A DNA stretch of 64,000 bases. It comes from Candidatus Latescibacterota bacterium. GTDB taxonomy: Bacteria > Latescibacterota > CBDEFO01. The stretch covers positions 1,888,001 to 1,952,000 of the forward strand of contig OZ252149.1 of NCBI GenBank assembly GCA_965248755.1, in the 5' to 3' direction. Every line of letters starts with the position of its first letter. The stretch's first letter is position 1. The notes below the pieces were generated by a model that saw only the letters and a program-made list of their open reading frames with translations, searched no databases and was not told the origin of the DNA. Shown here piece after piece: positions 38,146 through 49,079 of the stretch. Both the position numbers and the translations under genes were made by a program.

Positions 38146-39021
38146 TCAGACATTCCTGTCTGACGCCCTCTTTGCAGCTTCTTCCAGAGCGTACCTGGAG
38201 ATAACTCCTACAAGATGCCTCTTGTACTCCGCCGAAGCTATTGGGTCCCCTATGGGTTCGATCTCCTGGGATGCAGTCTCTGCGGCATCTCTTATTACGT
38301 CTTCACCCAGAACCGACCCTATAAGCTTGCCCTCCGCCTCTTTTGCCCTTACGGGAGTGAAAGCGACAGACGATATAACGAGCCTTGCATCCTGACAGAC
38401 GCCCCCTGAATCCAGAAAGACCGAAGCGGCGGCGTTTGTGATGCCGTAGTCCCCCTCCCTTATAGTGAACTTTCTATATGCGCTCCCCGAGTTAGGAGGC
38501 ATTTCGGGGACCATTATTTCTGTTAAGACTTCATCGGCAAGAAGGGCAGATTCAAAATAGCCCACAAAGAAATCGTCCAGAGAGATCGTCCTTTCACCGT
38601 TGGCGCTTGCGGCTACCACGCTGGATTTCAGGCTCAAAAGAACGGGGGCGGGATCGGAAGCCGGATCGGCGTGGCACAGACTTCCGCCTATAGTCCCTGC
38701 GTTTCTGATCTGCACATCTGAGATTACGCCCACCATTTCCGATATAACAGGACAGTGATCCTTTATTACGTCCGATCTTTCGACATCCCGGTGCGTGGCC
38801 GCCGCTCCGATAGATAGCCCCTGGCCGTCTCTGTACTCGATAATATCCAGGTCAGGGATAAGTCTCAGACTTATCAGGAACTTAGGTTTTATCGCCCTGT
38901 TCCGAATCAGGGCCATAAGCGTCTGCCCGCCGGCTATTATCCTGGCCTCACCGCCCTTTTCGGCAAGGAGTTCACACGCTTCCTGAATCGTCTTCGGCTC
39001 AAAAAACTCACGTGCGTCCAT
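38146..39021 (-). CDS. FAD-binding medium subunit (CoxM-like)
   Basis: IAGGQTL, QIRNAGTIGGSLCHADPASD; GGGAG RBS before ATG 39021. Confidence 0.92.
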   Translation of the reverse strand: MDAREFFEPKTIQEACELLAEKGGEARIIAGGQTLMALIRNRAIKPKFLISLRLIPDLDIIEYRDGQGLSIGAAATHRDVERSDVIKDHCPVISEMVGVISDVQIRNAGTIGGSLCHADPASDPAPVLLSLKSSVVAASANGERTISLDDFFVGYFESALLADEVLTEIMVPEMPPNSGSAYRKFTIREGDYGITNAAASVFLDSGGVCQDARLVISSVAFTPVRAKEAEGKLIGSVLGEDVIRDAAETASQEIEPIGDPIASAEYKRHLVGVISRYALEEAAKRASDRNV

Positions 39022-39147
39022 ATACTCCCTCGCTGTTATGTGCTTAATTTCTGCTCCATCTGTTCCAAGCGTCCTCTCAATTCTGTAATATCTTTTCGCT
39101 GCTGCTATATCAGGCCCTCCGGCCATTGCGCGGCGAATGAGTATTCG

Positions 39148-40095
39148 TCAGTTCACGATGTTTCGCTCCCTGCCTTCGCTGAAGGCCCGGATGTTCTCCG
39201 CCGTTTCATCCACCAGCTTCTGCCGCGCTTCGACTGCGGACCACGCCGTGTGTCCGGATATCATGATGTTCCTGGCGCCTAACAGCACATTCCCGTCACG
39301 CGGCGGCTCCACGCTCAGCACATCGAAGCCGGCGCCGGCAATGCGATCTGAATTGAGCGCGTCCGCGAGGGCCTGCTCGTCCACGATGCCGCCGCGCGCC
39401 GTGTTGATGAGCAGCGCCGTCGACTTCATTTTCGCGATGGCCGCAGCGTCGATCATGTCGCGGCTCAATTCGGTCAGCGGACAGTGTATCGCTACGATGT
39501 CCGACTCGCGCAGCAGCGTATCGAGATCGGTGTTGTCGTAGCCGCTGTCGCTGATGTCGCTGATGTCGTTGGCGAGCACGTTCATGAGGAAGCCCTCCGC
39601 GATCCTGGCCACGCCGCTGCCGATACAGCCGAGTCCGATGATGCCCAGGGTCTTGCCGGCGAGCTCGAACGAGCGGTAGGTCAACAGCCCGAACCCCCAA
39701 GTACGTTCCCATTCACCGTCCATGATGTCCAGATGATACCTCCACACGTTCGTAGCCAGATTCAGGATGAGTGCAAACGTGTGCTGCGGCACCGTGTTGG
39801 CAGCATAGCCCGCCACGTTCGTCACCCGGATGCCCTTCTCGGTCGCCGCCTCGAGGTCAATGTTGTTGTAACCGGTGGCAATGACAGCGATCATCTTCAA
39901 CTCGGGCAGCGCATCCATGAGCCGCCGCGTCATGGGCACTTTGCTGCAGACAATGACGTCGGCGCCTGCTGCGCGCTCGATCGCCTCCTCTTCCGTCGAG
40001 ATGCGGTACGCGACGTACTCGCCGAACTGCGCGAGGCATGAGAAATCGATGTCGTCGAGCGTCAGGGTGGATTCGTCCACGAAAACAACTTTCAT
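39148..40095 (-). CDS. D-2-hydroxyacid dehydrogenase (glycerate dehydrogenase-like)
   Basis: ATGYNNID, GIIGLGCIG, HCPLT, INTARGG, DVLSVEPP, H.AW. Confidence 0.93.
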   Translation of the reverse strand: MKVVFVDESTLTLDDIDFSCLAQFGEYVAYRISTEEEAIERAAGADVIVCSKVPMTRRLMDALPELKMIAVIATGYNNIDLEAATEKGIRVTNVAGYAANTVPQHTFALILNLATNVWRYHLDIMDGEWERTWGFGLLTYRSFELAGKTLGIIGLGCIGSGVARIAEGFLMNVLANDISDISDSGYDNTDLDTLLRESDIVAIHCPLTELSRDMIDAAAIAKMKSTALLINTARGGIVDEQALADALNSDRIAGAGFDVLSVEPPRDGNVLLGARNIMISGHTAWSAVEARQKLVDETAENIRAFSEGRERNIVN

Positions 40096-40220
40096 CGGCT
40101 TGGCCCCTTTCGTACTTCCGTTAACTCTTAACCTGAGCAGTCCGTGCGCCGCTTACTGCGAGCACGGATCTCACGGCAGCTCCCCGATCTACCGCAAGCA
40201 GCGCACCCTCGCAACGGGGT

Positions 40221-40406
40221 TCATGAATCTAATCTGGCAACGACAGGTCCCACTCTGTCTCTTACCCTGCAGCTATAGAGACCCTCCTTTCCCACCTCTA
40301 CGTCTTCACATCCGGGGATGCACCATCCCGATCTGTCTATGTCCCAGAGAAAATCCCACGCCTTGTGTATATCAGTTTCTACCGTGAAGCCTCAAGTTAT
40401 CAGCAT
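40221..40406 (-). pseudogene. coxG: CoxG (SRPBCC) 5' fragment with an early in-frame stop; not in the ORF track
   Basis: Manual translation MLIT*GFTVETDIHKAWDFLWDIDRSGWCIPGCEDVEVGKEGLYSCRVRDRVGPVVARLDS*; lies upstream of coxM/coxS-like genes. Confidence 0.75.
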
Positions 40407-40456
40407 TCAGGCTATCTGCCCATAAATGTACGTGGAGTTACTCCCCTGCGAATTCC

Positions 40457-40690
40457 CTATTCGTAGATAATCAGCGGAACGATCCGCACACCGGTGCGAT
40501 CCTGGATCTCTATCGCAATATCTTGAATCGTATCTTTTAATGCCCGCTTTGAGAGATACACTTTTGCTACCGCATCCTCGTCTTCGAAGGGATCCAGGAT
40601 CTCGATACGGACCTCATCGGTAAGCGACCTGACCCGCGACTCGAATTCTTGGATGCTGTGGACTTTTGTACCTAAAGGCGCCGTGCTCAT
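40457..40690 (-). CDS. Small hypothetical protein
   Basis: 77-aa ORF with GAGGTG RBS, co-oriented with neighbours. Confidence 0.6.
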   Translation of the reverse strand: MSTAPLGTKVHSIQEFESRVRSLTDEVRIEILDPFEDEDAVAKVYLSKRALKDTIQDIAIEIQDRTGVRIVPLIIYE

Positions 40691-40730
40691 GAAAGACACC
40701 TCTGATCTTCACGTGATCGTCCGAGGGGCC

Positions 40731-42821
40731 TCAAACGCTATCCAGAAACTCCCCGAGCTCCCGCGGGTCGTTCATGGGCTTGGAGCAGGTGAAGTTCTGG
40801 CATACGTAGACGGTGGCCTTTGAGTCGACCTGCGTCTTATCCTTCAAAAGGGGCGCTATGTCCACGATCCGTCCGTCGCCATCGGGATTCAGCAGCGCCA
40901 TGACCTTGTTCGGCAAAAAGCGGCTGTGGATGACCTCAAGCATCTCTTTGGTATCCTTCTGTTCGGGATCTCCGACTATGGCTATCTCCAAGGGACGCTG
41001 CAGGAAGAAATCCAGACCGCACAGAAGCTGACCGAATCCTGAAGGCCCTCCCTTCATAAAGTCGTGGAAGGTGGTAAGTGCCCTTTCGGCCATTTTCCAC
41101 AGATCCTCTCTGTAGGTTATGGCCGAGATCCTCAGAAGATCCAGAACACCTATAGAATTCCCCGCAGGAACTGCGTTGTCGTAGGGGTTCTTACTGCGAA
41201 CTATCAACTCTTCGTGATCATTAGGGGTGAAGAAGAACCCGCCGTCCACTTCGTCCCAGAAGTGGTCTATCATTATGTCGTTGAGCCTGATCGCCTCCGT
41301 GAGCCACGCACTATCGAACGTGGCTTCATAGAGATCCAACAGGGCACCTATGAAGAGGGCGTAGTCGTCCTGAAAGACGTTGGAACTTGTACGGTCATCC
41401 TTATACGAATGAAAGAGACGCCCGTTTCCAGTAATATTGTTCAGAATGAAAGACGCACTATTTTCGGCGGCGAGTCTGTACTCCTCTGTTCCCAGCACCT
41501 TATACGCCTCGGCGAAACTGGAGATCATCATTCCGTTCCAGTTCGTCTGAATCTTATCGTCCCTGCCGGGTTTGACCCTCTTTCCCCTTTCTGCAAAGAG
41601 CTTTGCCTTTCCCTCCTTTACAACTTGTCTCAAATGATCCTCATCCACCTTCAGAAACCTGGCCAAGTTCTCCAGCGGTGTAGAGACGTGCAGGATACTC
41701 AGACCGTTCTCGAAATTTCCGGAGGGAGTGATGTCGTAGTATCTGCAGAATAGAGCGGAGTCCTCGGCGCCCAATATCTCTTTGACCTGGTCAGGCGTCC
41801 ATACGAAGAACTTACCCTCTTCCCCCTCACTGTCGGCGTCCTGTGTTGAATAGAATCCGCCTGAGCCTCCGGCGTCGTCTCCGCCATGGAACATCTCCCT
41901 CAGAAGATAGGACGCCGTCTCTTCAACTATATTAGAGTAGAAATCGTCGCCTGTGGCCTGATAGGCCTCAAGGTATATGCTCATCAAGAGGGCGTTGTCG
42001 TAGAGCATCTTCTCAAAATGAGGCACCAGCCATTTACTGTCCACAGAATATCTGTGGAATCCACCGCCCAGTTGATCGTATATCCCGCCGTTTGCCATCT
42101 TACTGAGGCTCAAATTGACCATCTCAAGGGCGTTTTTAGCCCCTGTCCTCTTATACTCCCTCAGAAAGAGAGCAAGATTCATCGTCCCGGGGAATTTGGG
42201 CTGGCTGCCGAATCCGCCGTTGACGTTATCGAAGTTAGCCAAAGTGGCTCTAAAGGTGTTCGTCAGGAGACTCTCATCCGTGGATTCGGCGGAGGACTTC
42301 AGCCTTGCAAGCTGGTGGAGGTGGTCCTTCATCCTGCTGCCCTGCTTCAAAGCATCGTCCTTCCTGTCCCTGTAAAATTGGGCTACAGACTTGAGGAGGC
42401 GCGGGAAGCCGGGGATCCCCTGCCGGTCGTCAGGTGGAAAATACGTCCCCCCGTAAAAGGGTTCGCCGTGGGGAGTCAAGAAGACGGTCATAGGCCATCC
42501 GCCGTGGCTGGTCATAGCCTGTACAGCGTTCATGTATATCTCATCTATATCGGGCCTCTCCTCCCTGTCCACTTTGATGTTGATGAAGTTCTCGTTCATA
42601 ATGCGGGCTATTTCCTCATTCTCAAACGACTCATGCTCCATAACGTGGCACCAGTGGCAGGCGGAATACCCCACACTTAAGAGGATAGGCTTATCCTCCC
42701 TCTTTGCCCTTTCTAACGCCTCTTTATCCCAGGGATTCCAGTCCACAGGGTTGTGGGCGTGCTGAAGCAGATACGGACTTGTCTCCTCTATGAGCCTGTT
42801 AGTATATTTCTCACCGTTCAT
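40731..42821 (-). CDS. yyaL: Thioredoxin-domain protein, YyaL/SSP411 family
   Basis: [47 protein letters not shown]. Confidence 0.93.
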   Translation of the reverse strand: MNGEKYTNRLIEETSPYLLQHAHNPVDWNPWDKEALERAKREDKPILLSVGYSACHWCHVMEHESFENEEIARIMNENFINIKVDREERPDIDEIYMNAVQAMTSHGGWPMTVFLTPHGEPFYGGTYFPPDDRQGIPGFPRLLKSVAQFYRDRKDDALKQGSRMKDHLHQLARLKSSAESTDESLLTNTFRATLANFDNVNGGFGSQPKFPGTMNLALFLREYKRTGAKNALEMVNLSLSKMANGGIYDQLGGGFHRYSVDSKWLVPHFEKMLYDNALLMSIYLEAYQATGDDFYSNIVEETASYLLREMFHGGDDAGGSGGFYSTQDADSEGEEGKFFVWTPDQVKEILGAEDSALFCRYYDITPSGNFENGLSILHVSTPLENLARFLKVDEDHLRQVVKEGKAKLFAERGKRVKPGRDDKIQTNWNGMMISSFAEAYKVLGTEEYRLAAENSASFILNNITGNGRLFHSYKDDRTSSNVFQDDYALFIGALLDLYEATFDSAWLTEAIRLNDIMIDHFWDEVDGGFFFTPNDHEELIVRSKNPYDNAVPAGNSIGVLDLLRISAITYREDLWKMAERALTTFHDFMKGGPSGFGQLLCGLDFFLQRPLEIAIVGDPEQKDTKEMLEVIHSRFLPNKVMALLNPDGDGRIVDIAPLLKDKTQVDSKATVYVCQNFTCSKPMNDPRELGEFLDSV

Positions 42822-43008
42822 GGTCTGTCCCTTCAATATAGAATTAAGGCGTGCTCTTAAGTCAAGCTTGCAGACATCGTATTTTGCTGCGCTGTAGCTA
42901 ATGTGTATGGTGACAGGTTCTGATATACTTTCAGCAAATGATAACACAAATAGAAGAATAGCGCAAGGATTTTTCTGGGGGCTTCAAGATCCCAAATTCT
43001 TTTTGTTG

Positions 43009-43037
43009 TTGACTTCGACCATGCAATAGACTACCTT
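43009..43037 (+). promoter_or_regulatory. Candidate sigma70 promoter
   Basis: TTGACT-17 bp-TACCTT in a divergent intergenic region. Confidence 0.35.
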
Positions 43038-43368
43038 TAAGGTGAGGAAAATGACGCCTTTTTCAGCGCAGGTTAAAGTCATAAACCCTTTGTAAGAAAT
43101 ATAATAGTGGGCGTCGGGGCACAATAGCAAACAGTAGACAGCAAACAGGAAAGAGGCAGTCTAAATCAGATTGTCTCGCCCACGTCGCGGCCTGGTGGTA
43201 CCCCAGCAAAGCGGCCACGGCGCTGCGCCCCTTCGTTCTGACTACAAGACATGTCCCCGATTAAACCCCTGATTGACTCTATCGGGGGTTGGGGGCAGCG
43301 AAGCAATCTGGTGGGAGGGGAGACGCGGCCTGTCTACTGTCTACTCATTCAGTGTGGAGGCTAAATTT

Positions 43369-44670
43369 ATGGATCTGAAGGGCAAAATAGCGGACAGAAG
43401 TGCGAAGGTCTGCGTGATGGGTTTAGGATACGTCGGGCTTCCCCTGATCACGTCTTTTGCCAAAGCCGGTTTTTCGTGCGTGGGCATAGACATAGATGAA
43501 AAGAAGATTTCCAGCCTTTCTTCAGGCATAAGCCACATAAATAGCATCCCCGACGACCTCCTTTCGGAACTTACCTCGGACTGCAGGCTTAAATTCACCC
43601 GTGATACCTCCATCCTGAAAGAGTGCGAAGTCATATTCATATGCGTCCCCACCCCTTTAAACAAGACCAAAGACCCGGATATTTCCCATATACTGTCCGC
43701 CATCGGGAGCATAAAGGAGAATCTGAGGAAGGATCAGCTTATAGTCCTTGAGAGCACCACGTATCCCGGAACCACAGAGGAACTTGTGCTGACGGATCTG
43801 ACCCAGACAGATCTGGAAGTCGGCGTGGACTTTTTCCTGGCCTTCTCCCCTGAAAGGGAGGACCCCGGAAACAAGGACTACAACATATCCAACACTCCCA
43901 AACTCGTGGCTGGAGTCACCGATGCCTGCACAGAGATGGCCCGCACGGTCTATGAGCAGATCTTGGAGGAAATCGTGGTCGTCTCGTCCCCCAGGGTGGC
44001 AGAGATGGTAAAGTTACTTGAGAACACCTTCAGGAGCGTCAACATAGCCCTGGTCAACGAAGTGGCCCTGATGTGCGATACGCTCGGCATAGACGTGTGG
44101 GAGGTCATTGACGCAGCGGGAACCAAGCCCTTCGGTTTCATGAAGTTCTATCCCGGACCCGGATTGGGAGGACACTGCATCCCTGTGGATCCACATTACC
44201 TTTCGTGGAAGCTGAAGTCTATGAACTACTATGCAAGGTTCATACAGCTTGCCAGCGAGATCAACGCCGGAATGCCCACCTACGTGGTCACGAAGGTTAC
44301 AGACGCCCTCAACCAGGTGGGAAAAAGCGTAAAGGGCTCGAAGATTTTAGTGTTGGGCGTCGCCTACAAAAAGGACGTCTCGGACGTTAGAGAATCGCCC
44401 TCTCTGGATATAATAGAACTCTTGATAGCAAAGGGAGCCTGTGTATCCTACGCTGATCCCTTTGTGCCTGACGTGCAGTTGGACAGCGTCAGACTGAAAT
44501 CGGAGATCCTGCAAGACCTGATCACAAGCCGATACGACTGCGTAGTCATAGCCACCGACCATTCGACATTAGATTACAAAGCTATAGTCGAACACGCCCA
44601 ATTAGTAGTGGATACCAGAAACGTTACGAAGGGAATGGACCAATACAAAGAGAAGATCGTGAAGATATAA
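43369..44670 (+). CDS. Nucleotide-sugar dehydrogenase (UDP-GlcNAc 6-dehydrogenase-like)
   Basis: GLGYVGLP, CVPTP, ESTTYPGTT, KLLENTFR, PGPGLGGHCIPVDP; GGAGG RBS. Confidence 0.93.
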   Translation: MDLKGKIADRSAKVCVMGLGYVGLPLITSFAKAGFSCVGIDIDEKKISSLSSGISHINSIPDDLLSELTSDCRLKFTRDTSILKECEVIFICVPTPLNKTKDPDISHILSAIGSIKENLRKDQLIVLESTTYPGTTEELVLTDLTQTDLEVGVDFFLAFSPEREDPGNKDYNISNTPKLVAGVTDACTEMARTVYEQILEEIVVVSSPRVAEMVKLLENTFRSVNIALVNEVALMCDTLGIDVWEVIDAAGTKPFGFMKFYPGPGLGGHCIPVDPHYLSWKLKSMNYYARFIQLASEINAGMPTYVVTKVTDALNQVGKSVKGSKILVLGVAYKKDVSDVRESPSLDIIELLIAKGACVSYADPFVPDVQLDSVRLKSEILQDLITSRYDCVVIATDHSTLDYKAIVEHAQLVVDTRNVTKGMDQYKEKIVKI

Positions 44671-44898
44671 CTGGGGGCTTCCCTCCATGGATGAATGTAG
44701 GGGCGGGGTTGCCCTGTCCCCGCTGTCTTGGAGGACTGACTGACAAGCCAAGATTCATTTTTTGACTCTCGGCTTTTTTTATTGATTTTAATCGAAGAAT
44801 TTGCTACCCGGGATGTTGTGCGATTCTCGTACTTGATTCTCCGAGGTGGAAAAGAGAATATGGATGTCTATGTATCGTTATGAGTTCAAAAGGAAAAG

Positions 44899-45900
44899 AT
44901 GTCTAAGGATCTGACTAAACACAAGATTCAGTTGGCTGAGGAGTTGCTCGATGACGTCGAGCTTTCGCGCCTAAAGCCCGAACAGGTACTGCTCAAGGTC
45001 TCGCGGCTGGCTCGGCTGGTTGACGCTGATGAGATTAGCAAGTGGATTCGTTTCGAACTGAATGGCTTCCCTAGCGATGACTGCGTAGCCCTGAAATACA
45101 TGGACAAAACAGGCCGTTGGACTAATAAAAACAATATGCTAGGCTATTGGAAGTCCTTAGCAGAAATCAACGGTCACATCACGGCGACGGAACTACAGAT
45201 CCAGCGTTTGAGGGTCCCCGATATCAACTTTTCGCCCTCAAGTTCCAACCCGACTGAGATTGTAACTGGTGCATTCGGTAGCCACATCGATCAAGTCACG
45301 AACTCTGTATCAACCGTTCTTAACCAACTACAATCTCTTGCGAACACAATCACCAAACTAAACGGCATTCGATCTCGCGTTCTATCGGCACTCCATGATT
45401 TCGTTGCGTCGACTTACTACGAACTGGTTTTTAGCGGCCTCGCCGAATCCATCTTTGAAAAGCACAAGTCAATGATTGATGCACCCCTTCGCGACACTGC
45501 AGGTGACGCCCTTGACAAGATCCCCGCGATTTACGACAGACTGACTGCCGGGGACCGGGAGGCAGTGAGCCAAGCCCTCAATACTTGCCGCAGGTTGATC
45601 AGGTCGTTAGCGGATTCGGTGTATCCTCCGCAAGATGGTACGATCACCATCGATGGCGAAGAGTTCCAGCTCGGAGCGAATGCCTATCTGAACCGGATCA
45701 AAGCCTACCTACATGAACACTGCCCCAGTGATTCGCGACGCAAACGTCTTCACAAAACTATCCGATCTGTGAATGAACGCGCCTCCGCAGGGGTGCACGC
45801 GGATGTGACACTTGATGAGGCCAAGTCTCTATTTCTGCAAACATATCTGACGCTGGGGGAAATTCTTCTAGTAAAAACCGACACCGCGCACGACACATAA
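44899..45900 (+). CDS. AbiTii-like domain protein (putative anti-phage), cassette-like
   Basis: N-terminal ELLDD...LLKVSRLARL...WIRFELNGF pattern; C-terminal R..AGVH (HEPN-like). Confidence 0.65.
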   Translation: MSKDLTKHKIQLAEELLDDVELSRLKPEQVLLKVSRLARLVDADEISKWIRFELNGFPSDDCVALKYMDKTGRWTNKNNMLGYWKSLAEINGHITATELQIQRLRVPDINFSPSSSNPTEIVTGAFGSHIDQVTNSVSTVLNQLQSLANTITKLNGIRSRVLSALHDFVASTYYELVFSGLAESIFEKHKSMIDAPLRDTAGDALDKIPAIYDRLTAGDREAVSQALNTCRRLIRSLADSVYPPQDGTITIDGEEFQLGANAYLNRIKAYLHEHCPSDSRRKRLHKTIRSVNERASAGVHADVTLDEAKSLFLQTYLTLGEILLVKTDTAHDT

Positions 45901-45961
45901 CGGCACAAACGACTGACGCCCAAATTGCTTCGCAATTTCGTTTGTGCTGGGATCATTATTT
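45895..45961 (+). other. attC-like recombination site (degenerate R' box)
   Basis: ACATAAC over the stop codon; stem GCACAAACGA/TCGTTTGTGC; inner hairpin AAATTGC-TTC-GCAATTT; end ATTATTT; complementary GTTATGA at 44877-44883. Confidence 0.6.
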
Positions 45962-45996
45962 GAAAATAGGCAACGCAGATGCCATAAGGAGATAAT

Positions 45997-46116
45997 ATCA
46001 CGATAAGCACCTATACCGCCAAGTATACAAGAATAAGCTCTGGCTATATAGGGCAGTTAGTAGAATGACCTGAGGTGATAACGGAGGGGACCACATTAGA
46101 AGAATGCAGGGACATC
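45997..46116 (+). pseudogene. hicB: HicB-family antitoxin remnant
   Basis: AAGGAG RBS, ATC in place of ATG, YTAKYTRISSGYIGQLVE*PEVITEGTTLEECRD (internal TGA). Confidence 0.7.
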
Positions 46117-46169
46117 AGTGAGGGTGCTTTACGTGCAACGATCGGGTTCACCCACGATAGAACGACACC

Positions 46170-48599
46170 TCATTCTGTCTGCATATTTAGAATCTGAATT
46201 GCTGCCTTTACGATAGACTCAGTAGAAATACCGTAAGCATCGTAAAGCTCCTGATAGGATCCCGACTGACCGAATTCATCTACCCCTAAAGCGGCGACCC
46301 TTGTCCCCAGAGCTCCGCCTATGAAAGATAAGGTGTGCGAATGTCCGTCCATAACCGTAACCGCCGGAATGCCAGATTTCTGCTTAGCATCGGCTCCTGC
46401 GTCCGATGCCAGATGTTCCAAGTAGGAGCTCACTTTGGTCTTCGGGTTCTCGGCTCTTAGAGCGTTCGCCTCTCTGTAGCCGCGATACAGAAGATCCGGG
46501 CTCGTTACGACGATAACGTTGGCAAAGATGCCCTCCTGGCTCAAAAGGCGGCTCGCCTCGACGGCTTCGGGAACCATAACGCCTACAGCGAATATGTTTA
46601 CCGCATTCTGGCCTACTCGGTAGTCCGGCTCAAGTGAGTGGTCTATCAGCCGATATCCGCCTTTGAGGACTCTATCTTTCAAAGATCCATCGCTGTCCCC
46701 GGGGAATAGATCCTGGGGAATCGGCTTTGTGGAGAGTCTCAGATAGACGCTCTTCCCGTGTTCCCGATCCAGAAGGTTCCGCAGAGCCGTAAGAAATATC
46801 CACTGCAACTCTTTGGCAAACGCTGGCTCGTAGTAAACCACGTTGGGCATTTGAAGTCCGATTCCAGGAACGATGATAGACTGATGTGCTCCGCCCTCAG
46901 AGCCGAGAGAAACTCCCGAAGGTGTCCCGATAAAGATAAACTTAGACTTACAATAGACCGCATATACCAGGGCATCCAGCCCTCTGGAGATAAAAGTGTC
47001 GTATATAGTCCCCACAGGCAGCAGCGTCTGGCCGGTGAATTCCCCTGAGAGCCCGAGCATGGACAATAGCAGAAAGAAATTGTTCTCCGAGATCCCAAGT
47101 TCGATGTGGCGTCCCGAGGGCTTCTGCTTCCAATCCATTACGCTTGGAATCTCATACTCCTCAAAGTAACTCTTCATCTGTGTTCTGGAGTACATTCCAT
47201 GCTTGTTGATCCACCCTCCTAAATGAGTCGAGACAGCCACATCGGGAGAAGTGGTCACCATAAAGGGCGCCACCTCTTCGTCTGAGCTCAACCTCCATAG
47301 AATCCGTCCCAACGCCTCCTGCGTCGATATATTGCTCTTAAAATTAACGTCGATATCCTCGGGGATCCTTATGGAAGTTTCCCCAGAGGGCTGAGTTCTT
47401 GTCCGGGATAGAGCCTCCACCGACTCGCGAATATACTTATCTTCCCTGCTATCGGGAGGAAAAGTGGAGAACTCCTTGCCATTTTCTATACCTAATTTTT
47501 CTCTGAGATTCTCTATCTGCTCAGACGTCATCTGCTGAGAGTGATTCAAAGGGTCGCCCGCCAGCGGAAGTCCCCATCCCTTGATGGTGTAAGCCATAAT
47601 CATCACAGGCTGATCCTCAAATCTCTCCGCCTCCTGGAAGGCTTCGATGATCTTTGCAAGATCGTGTCCCCCAAGGTCCGCCAGAAGCTCCCAGATCCCT
47701 TCATCAGAATAGGGCCTTAAGAGCCGCTCCAGATCCTCGTCTTTTGTATCCCAATAAGTCAAAAGCCTTTCCCTTATCTCTCCTCCCTTCAAAAACAGGA
47801 GGCTTTGATACTGGGAATTGCCCATATCGTCTATGACTCTTCTGAGCTTTTCCCCGTTCGGCTGGCTGTAGACCCCCTCTAATTTTGAGCCGTACTTAAG
47901 GTCTATTACGTGCCATCCATTGATCTTGAAGAGTTGTCTGAACTTTTGCGCTTTTCCGTCGGGGACGACTCTGTCGAGGCTCTGTCTGTTCAGATCCACA
48001 ATCCACAGCAGTTTACCGAGCTTTTCCAGATTCTCCTCCTCCAAGGCCTCCCACACGCTCCCCTCGTCCAGTTCTGCGTCCCCCACAATAGAGATGTAGC
48101 GATTGTAGGGTCCTCCGTCAAAGTGATCTATCACGTAATCTCTGGTAAGAGCGGCAAAGTTAGGAGCCACTGCACCCATTCCCACAGAACCGGTGGAGAA
48201 ATCCACGTTGTCGGGATCCTTAGTCCTGCTGGGATAGGACTGCAACCCTTCAAACTGCCTGAACTCCTTCAGCCTTTCAAAGGGTATTACGCCCCTTAGA
48301 GCCTGAATGGCGTGAAAGACTGGCGATGCGTGAGGCTTTACGGCTACATAATCTCCAGACCTGAGAGCGTAGAAATAGAGGACAGTCATAACGCTCGCCA
48401 ACGATGTGCAACTTGCCTGATGCCCTCCGACCTTGACGCCGTCCTTGCTCTTACGGATGGAATTGGCATAGTGGATCATGTAGGTAGAAAGCCACAAGAC
48501 CCTCTTTTGTATTCGATCCAGAATCTCCAGGTGGCCGTCCAACCCTAAAGTGCTCCTCTGGCTATCCTTTTGAACGAAAGTATTAGATGCAGCGGACAT
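46170..48599 (-). CDS. AceE-like (transketolase-type) 2-oxoacid dehydrogenase E1 component
   Basis: VGGHQAS, KPHASP, QSYPSR, STGSVG, TPP motif GDAELDEG...NRQSLD, EGGAHQS. Confidence 0.88.
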   Translation of the reverse strand: MSAASNTFVQKDSQRSTLGLDGHLEILDRIQKRVLWLSTYMIHYANSIRKSKDGVKVGGHQASCTSLASVMTVLYFYALRSGDYVAVKPHASPVFHAIQALRGVIPFERLKEFRQFEGLQSYPSRTKDPDNVDFSTGSVGMGAVAPNFAALTRDYVIDHFDGGPYNRYISIVGDAELDEGSVWEALEEENLEKLGKLLWIVDLNRQSLDRVVPDGKAQKFRQLFKINGWHVIDLKYGSKLEGVYSQPNGEKLRRVIDDMGNSQYQSLLFLKGGEIRERLLTYWDTKDEDLERLLRPYSDEGIWELLADLGGHDLAKIIEAFQEAERFEDQPVMIMAYTIKGWGLPLAGDPLNHSQQMTSEQIENLREKLGIENGKEFSTFPPDSREDKYIRESVEALSRTRTQPSGETSIRIPEDIDVNFKSNISTQEALGRILWRLSSDEEVAPFMVTTSPDVAVSTHLGGWINKHGMYSRTQMKSYFEEYEIPSVMDWKQKPSGRHIELGISENNFFLLLSMLGLSGEFTGQTLLPVGTIYDTFISRGLDALVYAVYCKSKFIFIGTPSGVSLGSEGGAHQSIIVPGIGLQMPNVVYYEPAFAKELQWIFLTALRNLLDREHGKSVYLRLSTKPIPQDLFPGDSDGSLKDRVLKGGYRLIDHSLEPDYRVGQNAVNIFAVGVMVPEAVEASRLLSQEGIFANVIVVTSPDLLYRGYREANALRAENPKTKVSSYLEHLASDAGADAKQKSGIPAVTVMDGHSHTLSFIGGALGTRVAALGVDEFGQSGSYQELYDAYGISTESIVKAAIQILNMQTE

Positions 48600-49079
48600 A
48601 GTAAGATCCCCTACTTTGTTTGCCATCTGAAGGGACAGAGCGGTGTGTCTGCCCCCAATATTCGGTCGAACCGCTTCCCCGAATTGAGCCCCCGATCTAA
48701 TCGGGGGTCGGGGACGGCTTGCTGCCCACTCCTCATCTACCCTACCCACTTCCTAGCTTGTTGCCACATCCCCTCTTCCACCATACAGGGGGAAAGGCCT
48801 TACATGATACCTCTAAAAAAGAATTCAAAGAATTCAATTGCCATAATATACTAAGAATATGCTGACACTACAAGGTTTAATTTTCCATGAATGCGATTTA
48901 CGATCTTTAGTCGTATGGCGGGAAATCTTTGTCCTGCACAAGTACTTTCTCCTTGATTGTCATCCTGACATTTTGTTATATTAGTGTCCTTAAACGCAAT
49001 TCACTTCTTGACCGAAAATATACTATGAATCATATCTTTCCAAAGAGTTCCTCGATACTCCCGTCAAGGACAATGTCAA

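Noticed and set aside
43100..43260. Riboswitch in the leader of the nucleotide-sugar dehydrogenase
   Set aside because: GC-rich stems are present but match no consensus I recognise; much of it is dispersed repeats
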